From an uncultured Eubacterium sp. (GTDB taxonomy: Bacteria; Bacillota; Clostridia; Oscillospirales; Acutalibacteraceae), in assembly GCA_910577195.1 (NCBI GenBank), contig CAJTLP010000002.1, positions 71,211 to 135,210 on the forward strand: 64,000 bases of DNA, read 5' to 3'. This document shows positions 50,482-60,300 of this stretch, in pieces. How positions within the stretch are numbered: position 1 is the first letter of the stretch; each line of letters starts with the position of its first letter. The position numbers and the translations under genes are program-made. The notes beneath the pieces are model-generated. The model was not told where the DNA came from and searched no databases. It was given only the letters and a program-made list of their open reading frames with translations.

Positions 50482-50610
50482 TGTGCCGCTGTGTGCACCA
50501 GTACGCGCGCGGCACAACATAGGAGGGGGTTATTAGGGGGAATTGGCGTATGCCTTCCCCTTGATTCGTTTTCTTGGTACCGTTCTTTTGCGACTCAAAA
50601 GAATGGTACA
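50482..50610. repeat. GC-rich triple-hairpin intergenic element
   Basis: tgtgccgc..gcggcaca; ggggaa-ttggc-gtat-gcc-ttcccc; gtaccgttcttttg-cgact-caaaagaatggtac. Confidence 0.45.
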
Positions 50611-50652
50611 ATTAAAAAAAGATTATTAGGGTATATCATATCCTAATCCTGA

Positions 50653-50832
50653 TTAATTCTGTTTCCTTACAATATCATATTCACTGCCGTCAGGACGGAA
50701 GTATCGGCAGGATTTATTCTGCTCCTGCATCAGGCGGACGTATTCATCCTCATCAAGGACGAGAGAGCAAAAGCTCTCATCCGTCTCGTCATCATACTCG
50801 TTATACCAGCATTTTTCACAAAGGCTATCCAT
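50653..50832 (-). CDS. Small Cys/acidic protein (DUF6472-like)
   Basis: CEKC..YDDE..C..LDEDEY..CRYFRP..EYDIVRKQN; start ATG 50832 overlapping the upstream gene end. Confidence 0.7.
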   Translation of the reverse strand: MDSLCEKCWYNEYDDETDESFCSLVLDEDEYVRLMQEQNKSCRYFRPDGSEYDIVRKQN

Positions 50833-51607
50833 TATTGTTATCTTCCTTTTTATATTCAAAAATTACAAATTCAACTGTCAGCAGAAGCTCGCCTACATCA
50901 TTTAGCTTTGCCTTATCCTTTTCACTCGTTCTGTAAAAATAGGGCGTCATTGAAAAAAGTGTTTTTAAATCCTCCTGCGGTATTTTCACCCTGTCGCTGA
51001 TCTTTGTTTTTGATATCAGCTTAAGATTCTCTGTTTTCGGCGGCTGTTCATCATTTTTATAAGGGGTGTCATAGATAAGCTTTTTCATCTCCCACAAATG
51101 ATTTTCACCGCCGACTACACAATAAAGTGTTCCGTCTTTCTTAAGCACCCTTGAAAATTCCTTTTCATTAAACGGTGCAAAAAGATGAAGTGCCGTATCC
51201 ACGCTTTCACTTTCAACAGGAATGGAGGATAAATTCGCAACGAAATAATGGTTATCTTTTTTACTCTTTGAGGCAAGACGTATCATTTCCTTGCTGATGT
51301 CAAAGCCATAGAGCTCGCCCTCATAATCATCATAATACCCCTCACCGCAGCAGATATCAAGAACAGTGCCCTGCATCTTTTCCTTAAGATAATGCTTAAG
51401 GCAGGAATAATATTCCTTTGCAAGCAGTGTGTGACGTGCCCTTGCAGAGTCCTTGCTGTCGCCTGTTTTATCACCGTTTTTTGAGCCCAAAAGCAGATTG
51501 ACATACCCCTCCTTTGAAAAATCAAAGGAATGATGATTGGTACATTTCAAGGAATTGCCTGTTTTATTCAGTTTTTCATTACAAACAGGACAAATAAGAA
51601 TGGACAT
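50825..51607 (-). CDS. RlmA-like 23S rRNA (guanine-N1) methyltransferase
   Basis: N-terminal CPVC..C..HSFD..EGYVNLL zinc finger, LDICCGEGYY, GFDISK, MTPY. Confidence 0.82.
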   Translation of the reverse strand: MSILICPVCNEKLNKTGNSLKCTNHHSFDFSKEGYVNLLLGSKNGDKTGDSKDSARARHTLLAKEYYSCLKHYLKEKMQGTVLDICCGEGYYDDYEGELYGFDISKEMIRLASKSKKDNHYFVANLSSIPVESESVDTALHLFAPFNEKEFSRVLKKDGTLYCVVGGENHLWEMKKLIYDTPYKNDEQPPKTENLKLISKTKISDRVKIPQEDLKTLFSMTPYFYRTSEKDKAKLNDVGELLLTVEFVIFEYKKEDNNNG

Positions 51608-51623
51608 AGTTTACCTCGTAAAA

Positions 51624-52379
51624 TTAAATGTTAATATCAAGCTCGATAGGGCAATGATCTGAACCGAAAATATCGGTATGAATTTTGGCATCCTCAAGCT
51701 TATCATCAAGTGCTTTTGATGTTATGAAATAATCAATTCTCCAACCTGCATTCTTTTCCCTTGCCTTGAACATATAGGACCACCAACTGTAAATGCCCTC
51801 AGCGTCAGGATAGAAAAATCTGAAAGAATCTGTGAAGCCACTGTCAAGCATCAATGTAAGCTTCTCCCTTTCATCATCAGTAAAGCCTGCGTTTTTATGA
51901 TTCGTCTTAGGATTTTTCAAATCAATTTCTTTATGTGCCACATTCAGGTCACCGCAGAAAATAACAGGCTTTGCCTTTTCAAGAGTGAGAATATAGTCTC
52001 TAAAATCATTTTCCCACTGCATACGATAGTCAAGCCTTTTCAGTTCCCTCTGAGAATTGGGAACATAAACTGTGGCAAAATAGAAATTCTCAAATTCAAG
52101 CGTAATGAGTCTGCCCTCTTTATCGTGTTCATCAATACCCATACCGTATGTTACACTGACAGGCTTTTTCTTGGTAAATATGGCAGTGCCGGAATACCCC
52201 TTTTTCTCAGCATAGTTCCAGTAGCAGTTATAACCCTCAGGGGAAAAATCAATCTGACCCTCCTGCAGCTTGGTTTCCTGCAGGCAGAAGATATCCGCAT
52301 CTGTTTCACCAAAGAATTTTTCAAAATCCTTATTCATACACGCACGTAAACCGTTCACGTTCCACGAAATCATTTTCAT
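51624..52379 (-). CDS. exoA: Exodeoxyribonuclease III / AP endonuclease
   Basis: SWNVNGLRA, LQETK, GYSG, YVPN, GDLNVAH, GWRIDY, SDHCP. Confidence 0.95.
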   Translation of the reverse strand: MKMISWNVNGLRACMNKDFEKFFGETDADIFCLQETKLQEGQIDFSPEGYNCYWNYAEKKGYSGTAIFTKKKPVSVTYGMGIDEHDKEGRLITLEFENFYFATVYVPNSQRELKRLDYRMQWENDFRDYILTLEKAKPVIFCGDLNVAHKEIDLKNPKTNHKNAGFTDDEREKLTLMLDSGFTDSFRFFYPDAEGIYSWWSYMFKAREKNAGWRIDYFITSKALDDKLEDAKIHTDIFGSDHCPIELDINI

Positions 52380-52452
52380 AATTGTCACCTATAGCAAATG
52401 AAAGAATAACCCTAAGATTATTCTTTCATTGTTTGTTTATTATATTTGAATC

Positions 52453-53628
52453 TTAGTGATGGAAAAGTCTGATACCTGTCATAGTCATTGCGATACCGTG
52501 ATTATCACAGCACTCAATAACAGCCTCATCTCTTACTGAGCCGCCCGGCTGCGCAATGTATTTAACGCCTGAACGTACAGCCCTTTCAATATTGTCCTCA
52601 AATGGGAAGAATGCATCGGAGCCCAGAGCAACATCGGTCATCTTTTCATGCCAAGCGTCCTTCTCCTCCTTCGTAAACGGAGCAGGGCACTCTGTGAAAT
52701 ATCTCTGCCATACGCCGTCCTTGAGGAGCTCCTCATACTCATCTGAAATATAAAGGTCAATCGCATTATCTGCATCACACTTACGGATACCCTCAATAAA
52801 CGGAAGATTGAGCACCTTTTCATTTCTTCTGAGCCAGAGCATATCAGCCTTATTACCTGCCATACGAGTACAAAGGATACGGCTCTGCTGACCTGCACCG
52901 ACACCGAGAGTCTGTCCGCCCTGTGCATAAACTACTGAGTTTGACTGTGTATATTTTAAAGTAATCATTGAAATGAGCAAATCAATCTTTGCAATTTCAG
53001 GGATTTCCTTAATCTTAGTCGGCATATCGTTGAAAAGGTCCATAGTAATTTTAGCGTTATTACGCTTCTGCTCAAACTTGATACCGAATACCTGCTTTGT
53101 CTCCATCTCCTCAGGAACATAATCAGCGTCCATTTTAATAATAAGGAAATTACCTCTTCTCTTTGATTTGAGAATTTCAAGTGCCTCATCTGTATAAGAC
53201 GGTGCGATGATACCGTCGCTTACCTCTTTAACAAGGAACTTCGCAACAGAAGCATCACATTCGTCACTGAGAGCCGCAAAGTCACCGAAGGAAGACTGTC
53301 TGTCACAGCTTCTTGCACGTACATAAGCCTGTGCAATCGGTGAAAGCTCAAGTCCGTCAGGTACCATACATACTTTTCTGTCAATATCATCAAGCGGCTG
53401 AGCAACTGCAGCACCTGCAGGTGAAACGTGTTTAAAGGAAGCTGCACTCGGAAGACCTGTAGCCTCCTTCAGCTCCTTGACAAGCTGCCACGAGTTAAAT
53501 GCATCTAAAAGATTAATATATCCTGCTGCTCCGTTGAGTATTTCAAATGGAAGATCCTTGCCGTCCATATGAATTCTTGCAGGATTCTGATTCGGGTTAC
53601 AACCGTATTTAAGCTTATACTCTGTCAT
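52453..53628 (-). CDS. purH: AICAR formyltransferase (stand-alone, no IMP cyclohydrolase domain)
   Basis: LKYGCNPNQ, SFKHVSPAGAA, KYTQSNSV, GAGQQSR, SDAFFPF, QPGGS, RLFHH. Confidence 0.9.
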   Translation of the reverse strand: MTEYKLKYGCNPNQNPARIHMDGKDLPFEILNGAAGYINLLDAFNSWQLVKELKEATGLPSAASFKHVSPAGAAVAQPLDDIDRKVCMVPDGLELSPIAQAYVRARSCDRQSSFGDFAALSDECDASVAKFLVKEVSDGIIAPSYTDEALEILKSKRRGNFLIIKMDADYVPEEMETKQVFGIKFEQKRNNAKITMDLFNDMPTKIKEIPEIAKIDLLISMITLKYTQSNSVVYAQGGQTLGVGAGQQSRILCTRMAGNKADMLWLRRNEKVLNLPFIEGIRKCDADNAIDLYISDEYEELLKDGVWQRYFTECPAPFTKEEKDAWHEKMTDVALGSDAFFPFEDNIERAVRSGVKYIAQPGGSVRDEAVIECCDNHGIAMTMTGIRLFHH

Positions 53629-53733
53629 ATTCTTATCCTCCGTTAATCCTATAACTTTTAATATTGTTATTTTATACTATTACATTGAAAAAAGCAAGGC
53701 GGAATGTTACAATATGGTCAATGGAGAGAAAAA

Positions 53734-54552
53734 ATGAACGGAATTTTAGTAGTTAACCACTTCTTAAACAGCAATAAGTTTAATGAACTGCATCATCATC
53801 TTATATCATCTGCAAAACAGATGAATATAAATCTGACAATGAAAACCAATCTTGAGCTTGCCACTGAACGTGCACAGGCTGACTTTGTTCTCTTTTGGGA
53901 CAAGGATATCAATCTGGCAAAACGGCTTGAAAAGGAAGGACTGCCTGTTTTCAACTCTTCACGTGCTATTGCACTCTGCGACGACAAGGCAAGAACTTGT
54001 ATTGCACTTGACGGCATTGTACCCCAGCCGAAAACGCTTATAGCACCTAAATGCTTTTTTAAGGCTGATATGAGCGAGTTTGTCACAAGAGCAATTGACA
54101 TACTCGGCCTGCCTTTAGTTTTCAAAGAATGCTTCGGCTCCTTCGGAGAGCAGGTTCACCTGTGCCATAGCTTTGATGAAATTATGCAGCATATCACCGA
54201 AAAACCTTTTATATTACAGGCATTTATAACGGAAGGTGCCGGCATGGATGCAAGGCTTGAAATCGTCGGCGGCAAATGTGTGAGTGCTGTAAAGAGGATA
54301 AATGAAAATGATTTCCGTTCAAATGTTACAAATGGCGGCACAATGTGTCCTTACGAGCCGACGGCAGCAGAAATTGAAACGGCGGTCACTGCCTGCAATA
54401 CGCTTGGTCTCACCTTTGGCGGTGTTGATATCCTTGAAAACGGTATGGTGTGCGAGGTAAACTCAAATGCACACATCATCAATATAATGAACTGCACCGG
54501 ACTGGATATTGCACCGATTATTTTCAATGAAATCACGGAGAAAATCAGATGA
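53734..54552 (+). CDS. RimK-family ATP-grasp ligase
   Basis: CDDK, VFKECFGSFG, DFRSNVTNGG, GGVD, CEVNSN. Start ATG 53734. Confidence 0.88.
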   Translation: MNGILVVNHFLNSNKFNELHHHLISSAKQMNINLTMKTNLELATERAQADFVLFWDKDINLAKRLEKEGLPVFNSSRAIALCDDKARTCIALDGIVPQPKTLIAPKCFFKADMSEFVTRAIDILGLPLVFKECFGSFGEQVHLCHSFDEIMQHITEKPFILQAFITEGAGMDARLEIVGGKCVSAVKRINENDFRSNVTNGGTMCPYEPTAAEIETAVTACNTLGLTFGGVDILENGMVCEVNSNAHIINIMNCTGLDIAPIIFNEITEKIR

Positions 54553-55274
54553 AAGGTGTACTCATATATTCGGAAAAAGAGGCGGTACGCAACGCCTTTG
54601 CAATAAAAAAATTCAAGGAAAATCTGAACATTGATTTAGTAAATCCTGATTTCAGAGGGAATGCCGACTTTGTGATAAACCGAACAAACGATTATAAAGT
54701 CGGAAAATATTTTGAGGAAAAAGGAATAAGAGTCTTCAATCCGTCAAAGCTTTCAAGACTTGCAAATGATAAGCAGTACTGCTATGAATTTATGGCTGAA
54801 AACGGTATTCCGATTATGCCGATTGATTATACCAAAACCCCTGTTATAAAAAAGCCTGTTGACGGTCACGGCGGTCAGGGTGTTGTTCTGCTTGACAAGG
54901 CTGAGCCCTTTGAAAAAAACTATGTTTATCAGATGCCCTGCGATACCTTAGGAAAGGATTTAAGGGTATGGGCAATCGGCGGAGAAATCATTGCCGCCAT
55001 TCTGCGTGAGAGCGAAACGGACTTCCGCTCCAACTTTTGTCTCGGAGGGAGCGCCACAGTATATCATCTGAGTGATACGGAAAAGACACTGGTGAAAAAA
55101 GTAATCAGCCTGATAGACAGTGATTACATAGGTATTGACTTTCTGTTTCACAGCGGACAGCTTGTGTTCAATGAAATTGAGGACACTGTGGGTGCAAGAA
55201 TGATCTATGAAAAAACGGATATTGATATCATCAGGCTTTACTGCGATTACATAAAAAAGGAAATGGAAAATTGA
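54549..55274 (+). CDS. Second, shorter RimK-like ATP-grasp protein
   Basis: ANDK, KKPVDGHGGQGV, DLRV, DFRSNFCLGG, GIDF, NEIED; ATGA-coupled to the first. Confidence 0.85.
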   Translation: MKGVLIYSEKEAVRNAFAIKKFKENLNIDLVNPDFRGNADFVINRTNDYKVGKYFEEKGIRVFNPSKLSRLANDKQYCYEFMAENGIPIMPIDYTKTPVIKKPVDGHGGQGVVLLDKAEPFEKNYVYQMPCDTLGKDLRVWAIGGEIIAAILRESETDFRSNFCLGGSATVYHLSDTEKTLVKKVISLIDSDYIGIDFLFHSGQLVFNEIEDTVGARMIYEKTDIDIIRLYCDYIKKEMEN

Positions 55275-55663
55275 AATATACAACAGACGTTGAAAACACG
55301 GAAGAATTTTTTGAAAAACTCAATAAAAGCAGAATGTTCACCTGCAAGAAAAGCGTTTCAGGACTAAGTGCAAGATACAACGGAGCATTCACCCTGTTTG
55401 CAAATCCGAAAATCAATCTGATAAAACAATCCGATAAAAAGGTTGAACTTGATATTCTGCCGAGCGTATCCTTGATTGCGGTTTCTTTTTTATTTACACT
55501 GTTTTTCTGGGCAATAGGCATAGTCGGTATTGTTCTTGACAAATTCAGTGTACCTATTGTAATCGTAATCTTTTTACTGCCGTCAATCCTATGGATTTTT
55601 CAGACCGCACTGAGCAGACATATCAACCGCTTAATCATCAGCGAAATAGAAAAATTAATATAA
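55271..55663 (+). CDS. Hypothetical membrane protein
   Basis: 130-aa ORF, TTGA overlap with the preceding stop, two C-terminal hydrophobic helices. Confidence 0.65.
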   Translation: MKYTTDVENTEEFFEKLNKSRMFTCKKSVSGLSARYNGAFTLFANPKINLIKQSDKKVELDILPSVSLIAVSFLFTLFFWAIGIVGIVLDKFSVPIVIVIFLLPSILWIFQTALSRHINRLIISEIEKLI

Positions 55664-55694
55664 CTGCAAAATATAAAAGTTTTGAATAACGAAG

Positions 55695-55723
55695 AAAACC
55701 GCGAACTGAATCGCGGTTTTTTA
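55695..55723 (+). terminator. Intrinsic terminator
   Basis: aaaaccgcga-actgaa-tcgcggtttt followed by T. Confidence 0.75.
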
Positions 55724-55784
55724 TTGCATAAATTTTGATAAACAAATCAGGATTTATAATACAATAAATATGAATTGAATAATC

Positions 55785-55852
55785 GTAGGGTGAGGGCTTG
55801 CTCTCACCGTAATATCAAACATGCATTCGGCAGGAGCAAACCCCTGTCCTAC
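55785..55852. repeat. Inverted REP doublet (REPIN-like)
   Basis: GTAG-ggtgagggc-tt-gctctcacc at 55785 and an inverted copy ending CTAC at 55852. The second REP matches 3759-3784 at 24/26. Confidence 0.7.
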
Positions 55853-55925
55853 AAAATGTCAATAACATTTCTTATAACTAATCAACAAATTCCGATTTAT
55901 CTGTTCACAGAATGATATTACAAAA

Positions 55926-55956
55926 TAATCCAAAGGACAATATGTCCTTTGGATTA
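55926..55956 (-). terminator. Intrinsic terminator after fba
   Basis: taatccaaaggaca-ata-tgtcctttggatta. Confidence 0.75.
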
Positions 55957-55979
55957 AATGTTTCGTCTTATTATTTTAA

Positions 55980-56921
55980 TTAGTCGTTAGCGTGACCTGC
56001 TGCACCGAATACAACATCAATCTTATGAGCAACAACCTCTTCAATAAGCTCTCTTGCAGGAGTAAGGTACTGACGAGGGTCAAAGTGTGTTGGATTTTCA
56101 GCAAAGTGCTTTCTTACAGCAGCAGTCATTGCGATACGGATATCTGAATCAACATTAATCTTACAAACAGCCATTGATGCAGCCTCTCTGAGCATTTCCT
56201 CAGGGATACCGATAGCATCAGGCATCTCACCGCCGTACTGATTAATCATCTTGATGTGCTCCTGATTAACAGATGAAGCACCGTGAAGAACGATTGGGAA
56301 ACCAGGAAGCTTTTTGCCAACCTCTTCAAGAATGTCGAATCTGAGCTGTGGCTTCTGACCGGGCTTGAACTTGTAAGCACCGTGGCTTGTACCGATAGCA
56401 ATTGCAAGTGAATCAACACCTGTTCTTGTTACGAAATCATAAACCTCTTCAGGCTTTGTGTAAGATGCGTCCTCAGCGTCAACCTGAACATCATCCTCAA
56501 CACCTGCGAGAGTACCGAGCTCACCCTCAACAACACAGCCGTGAGCATGTGCATACTCAACAACCTTCTTTGTAAGAGCCACATTCTCCTCATAAGGAAG
56601 AGATGAGCCGTCAATCATAACAGATGTGAAGCCGCCGTCAATACACGACTTACAGGTCTCAAAATCAGGACCGTGATCAAGGTGAAGAGCGATTGGAAGA
56701 TCTGTCTCCTCAGCAGCAGCCTTTACCATAGCAACAAGGTAATCGTGTGATGCATACTTTCTTGCACCTGCTGAGCACTGGAGAATTACAGGAGCATTAA
56801 GCTTCTTTGCTGCACGGGTGATACCCTGAACAATCTCCATATTGTTTACATTGAAAGCACCGATAGCGTAACCGCCCTCGTATGCCTTTTTGAACATTTC
56901 AGTAGTAGTAACTAATGGCAT
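55980..56921 (-). CDS. fba: Fructose-1,6-bisphosphate aldolase class II
   Basis: AFNVNNME, HLDHG, GTSHGAYKF, VLHGASS, FDPRQYL; strongly biased codons. Confidence 0.95.
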   Translation of the reverse strand: MPLVTTTEMFKKAYEGGYAIGAFNVNNMEIVQGITRAAKKLNAPVILQCSAGARKYASHDYLVAMVKAAAEETDLPIALHLDHGPDFETCKSCIDGGFTSVMIDGSSLPYEENVALTKKVVEYAHAHGCVVEGELGTLAGVEDDVQVDAEDASYTKPEEVYDFVTRTGVDSLAIAIGTSHGAYKFKPGQKPQLRFDILEEVGKKLPGFPIVLHGASSVNQEHIKMINQYGGEMPDAIGIPEEMLREAASMAVCKINVDSDIRIAMTAAVRKHFAENPTHFDPRQYLTPARELIEEVVAHKIDVVFGAAGHAND

Positions 56922-57015
56922 AATTACATCTCCTATATAAAATTAAATTTTTACTTGAAATATTATACTACAAAAACGATTAAATATCAACATAATGTTT
57001 TTTAATATCTTATAT

Positions 57016-57951
57016 TTAATTTTCCTCGTAGCTTATGATCTCCTTAGCGATATAAATCGGTCTCTTCTTTGTCTGAATATAATTTCGTGCAAGGTATTCA
57101 CCGATAATTCCGATAGTAAACAGCTGAATACCGCCGAGAAATGAAATAAGTATAACAAGCTGTGTAAAACCGTCAACATTAATATGACTGACAAGCTTTC
57201 TGATAATCGTTATCACTGCATATACAATACTGAAAACAGTAGCAACCGAGCCTAAAACAGATGCAAATTTAAGGGGTGCGGTTGAAAACGCAATAATTCC
57301 CTCAAATGCATACCTTAACAACTTGATGAAATTAAAGCTGCTTTTGCCTGCCTGGCGTTCCTTTGCAGTATACGGAATATAAACGGTATTAAATCCTATC
57401 CAGCTGAAAAGTCCTTTTGAAAAACGGTGAAATTCGCCCATTGAAAGCAGAGCATCACGAACACTTTTTCTGAATGTTCTGAAATCCGACGCACCGCTCT
57501 TAAAAGAAATTTCCGTAAATTTATCAGCAAACTTGTAAAAAGCGTTTTTGCACGCTGTTGTAAATTTACCCTCATGCCTGTCCTCCTGACAGGCACAAAT
57601 GCAATCGACATCCGGATTGGAGTCAAGCATTTCAACCATTTTTTTAACTATGGCAGGATCCTGCTGCAAATCAGCATCTATAATGGAAACCAGCTCGCCG
57701 CAGGCATTCTGAAGTCCTGCATACATTGCAGACTCTTTACCGAAATTCCTCGAAAAATTAATAATTTTAATATTGCAGGGACTGATTTTTTTAACTTCCT
57801 TTAAATTTTCAAAGGTATTATCTGCACTGCCGTCATTTACAAATACAATCTCATAATCCTCAGTAACAGGAAAACTTCTGAATATCTCTTCTGCAAATGG
57901 TTTTACATTATCTGCTTCATTATAACACGGAACAACAAATGAAAGCTTCAT
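57016..57951 (-). CDS. GT2 polyprenyl-phosphate glycosyltransferase (GtrB/YkcC-like)
   Basis: VVPCYNE, FSRNFGKE, DADLQ, RFSKGLFSWIGF, two C-terminal TM helices, GEY..RPIY. Confidence 0.9.
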   Translation of the reverse strand: MKLSFVVPCYNEADNVKPFAEEIFRSFPVTEDYEIVFVNDGSADNTFENLKEVKKISPCNIKIINFSRNFGKESAMYAGLQNACGELVSIIDADLQQDPAIVKKMVEMLDSNPDVDCICACQEDRHEGKFTTACKNAFYKFADKFTEISFKSGASDFRTFRKSVRDALLSMGEFHRFSKGLFSWIGFNTVYIPYTAKERQAGKSSFNFIKLLRYAFEGIIAFSTAPLKFASVLGSVATVFSIVYAVITIIRKLVSHINVDGFTQLVILISFLGGIQLFTIGIIGEYLARNYIQTKKRPIYIAKEIISYEEN

Positions 57952-58069
57952 TTTTTCACATCCTAATTTATATACAAAAATAGCCGATATAACAAATATT
58001 GCTATATCAGCTATTTTAAACCATTATATCAAAAGTGTCAACTGTTACGAAACTTCATCCTTAATTCTG

Positions 58070-58726
58070 TTATATAATCTCATTCATTGAAAGAATAACC
58101 AAAACACAGGTGATAATCACAAGGGCAGAAATAATAATCATAGGAATATTTGCCTTTGCTTTTTCTGATGTGCTTTCAGGAATAAGATGTGTTTTGCGCA
58201 GTGCACCGACAATCGGCTTGTATAACAGGAATGCAAAAGCCGCATTAAGACAGCTTTTAATTAAATTAAACGGCAGAAATGCAGGCAAGAGCAATTCTGC
58301 AACTGCCTCTCTCGGATAACCCATATAAAGGGGTGTAATACAGTAATTCCAAAGAAGCATTACCACAACCTGAACAACACAGCCTGCAATCAAGCCGATT
58401 GCTGCACCTGAAAGTGTTTTTTTCTTTTTATAAATAAGGCCGGCGGTAAAGGCAAATGAGCAGCTTGAGATGATGTTCATTACGCATCCGATAGGGCCGG
58501 TGTCACTTATGGTAACCATTTCAATTACTGATGTTATAACACTGACTACGATTGCAGACAGCGGACCGAGAATAAAGCTGCTCAATGCTATGATAATATC
58601 CTTAGGGTCGTATTTAAGGAACAGTACCACAGGCACTCTTATAACTGCCGTCATTGCAAATGCCAATGCACAGAACATAGCAGTCAGGGTCAGAATTTTT
58701 GTTTTGTTGTTTGTTTTGTTTTTCAT
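58070..58726 (-). CDS. ribU: ECF riboflavin transporter S component
   Basis: AMFCALA, FLKYDPKD, PFNLIK; lies under an FMN riboswitch. Start ATG 58726. Confidence 0.85.
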   Translation of the reverse strand: MKNKTNNKTKILTLTAMFCALAFAMTAVIRVPVVLFLKYDPKDIIIALSSFILGPLSAIVVSVITSVIEMVTISDTGPIGCVMNIISSCSFAFTAGLIYKKKKTLSGAAIGLIAGCVVQVVVMLLWNYCITPLYMGYPREAVAELLLPAFLPFNLIKSCLNAAFAFLLYKPIVGALRKTHLIPESTSEKAKANIPMIIISALVIITCVLVILSMNEII

Positions 58727-58842
58727 TTTTTCTCCTTTTAATTGGGCAAAAAGAGAAGCCCTGACGCGAAAAACGTCAGGGCGTAAATGCTTTGACCACA
58801 GGCTGAATTTATAAATATATACAAATATAAACATCAGCCAAA

Positions 58843-58960
58843 CATTTTCTCTCATCCGGACTTTAACCGTCGGTATCGGAATTTCACCGATTCAGCCATA
58901 TTTCTATGGGTCGCGGACTGTAACCGCCGGTGAGGAATTACACCTCGCCCTGAAAATATT
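58843..58960 (-). ncRNA. FMN riboswitch (RFN element)
   Basis: Minus strand TTCAGGGCGAGGTGTAATTCCTCACCGGCGGT..AGTCCGCGA..CGGTGAAATTCCGATACCGACGGTTAAAGTCCGGATGAGAGAA. Terminator gccctgacg/cgtcagggc + U run near 58750-58783. Confidence 0.95.
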
Positions 58961-59023
58961 TTAGTCAGACTATCGTCTGCAATAACTATTATATTCCTCT
59001 TGTGTGATTTGTCAACTGTTTTT

Positions 59024-60286
59024 TTACTGATTATCAAGCTCGCTGTGATAATTGCCTACCATATCAACCTGCTCCTTTTCCTTTGCAGTCTGATACTTAT
59101 CCTGATAATAGTTTTCAAGATGTGACTCAAAGCTGCCGTCAGGTGCAATGTCAATTACGGTACAGCCTCTCTGCAAGCCGAACTTCATGATTCCGGTATA
59201 TGCAAGGTAGTCAATGGAATAGCCGTAAGTCAGGCGAACACCCTTATAATCAATTGAGAAGTTGTTCAGATGGTCGTGACCGCAGAACATACCCTGTGTT
59301 GAGTCAAGCTCCTTAACCTTATCGAAGAAGCCGTAATTATACTCACTTGTGTAAACAGAGTAATCCTTTTCACCTGCTTTACCGTAGATATATTTTACGT
59401 TTTCTGTATCATTAAAATCATTTGTCCTATATTCGTCCCATGCTGTTTTGTATTCAGGAATTGCAATATGGAAGAATGCAAGTGATTTCGGCATAACATC
59501 ATTGTTCTCAGCCTTGATTTTATTGAGGGAATCTTCATACCACTTCACCTGACTTTCGTGAATGGTATCATATTTCCACATAATTCCGAAATAATCATTA
59601 TCAACATAGGAATGGGAATCCAGCATAACAAGGCTCTGGGTAATTTCACCCTTTGTGTTCTTCACATTAATGATTGAATTACCATAACCGTCCACATCTT
59701 CAGGACCTGACTGGAACAGGCAGTGAGAAAACTTTTCCTGTGAATAGAATTCTGAAATCTTTTTACGTGAATAATAGGAATATGCCTCAGTATCGTGGTT
59801 ACCGAAAACAGGAACCCAGTAAACACCGAGCTTTTCCATAAGCTGTGCAAAAAGCTCTGCACTTGTTTTATTGTTAAATGTACCTGCCTGGAACGGAACA
59901 GGATATGCAATATCACCTGTGATAACAACAAGATCAGGCTTTTCTGCAGTAATCATTGCTGCAACGGCATTGATTGCCATTGAGTCCTTTTTTATACTGA
60001 GGAATCCGCCGCCGATATGTACGTCAGTAAGCTGAACTACTTTAAAATGATCATCTGTTGTAAAGGTGTAACAGCCGTTATCATCCAGCACAGGCTCCAG
60101 CTGATTGTCAAAGCTGACTGTCTCAATGGTCTCAATGAAATTACTGTTTGATTTCAGACCAACCGCTGAAACAGATGCAAGAATACCGCAAAGCAGTGCG
60201 ATAACCAGTACAATGATAAGCAGTACCTTAAGAAAAATCTTAAAACGCTGCTTTGGTGTTTTTTTGGTTTTTGTTTTAGTTGACAT
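59024..60286 (-). CDS. Membrane-anchored calcineurin-like metallophosphoesterase
   Basis: TDVH, TGD, GNHD, FFHI, GHDHLN; N-terminal TM helix. Confidence 0.88.
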   Translation of the reverse strand: MSTKTKTKKTPKQRFKIFLKVLLIIVLVIALLCGILASVSAVGLKSNSNFIETIETVSFDNQLEPVLDDNGCYTFTTDDHFKVVQLTDVHIGGGFLSIKKDSMAINAVAAMITAEKPDLVVITGDIAYPVPFQAGTFNNKTSAELFAQLMEKLGVYWVPVFGNHDTEAYSYYSRKKISEFYSQEKFSHCLFQSGPEDVDGYGNSIINVKNTKGEITQSLVMLDSHSYVDNDYFGIMWKYDTIHESQVKWYEDSLNKIKAENNDVMPKSLAFFHIAIPEYKTAWDEYRTNDFNDTENVKYIYGKAGEKDYSVYTSEYNYGFFDKVKELDSTQGMFCGHDHLNNFSIDYKGVRLTYGYSIDYLAYTGIMKFGLQRGCTVIDIAPDGSFESHLENYYQDKYQTAKEKEQVDMVGNYHSELDNQ

Positions 60287-60300
60287 AATGTTTACCCCTC

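Noticed and set aside
50449..50646. 65-aa plus-strand ORF
   Set aside because: Opposite to all neighbours, overlaps the hairpin element, no RBS or recognisable motif.
52453..53628. purH as a truncated pseudogene
   Set aside because: The stand-alone transformylase form without the cyclohydrolase domain is a known intact variant in anaerobes; RBS and motifs are intact.
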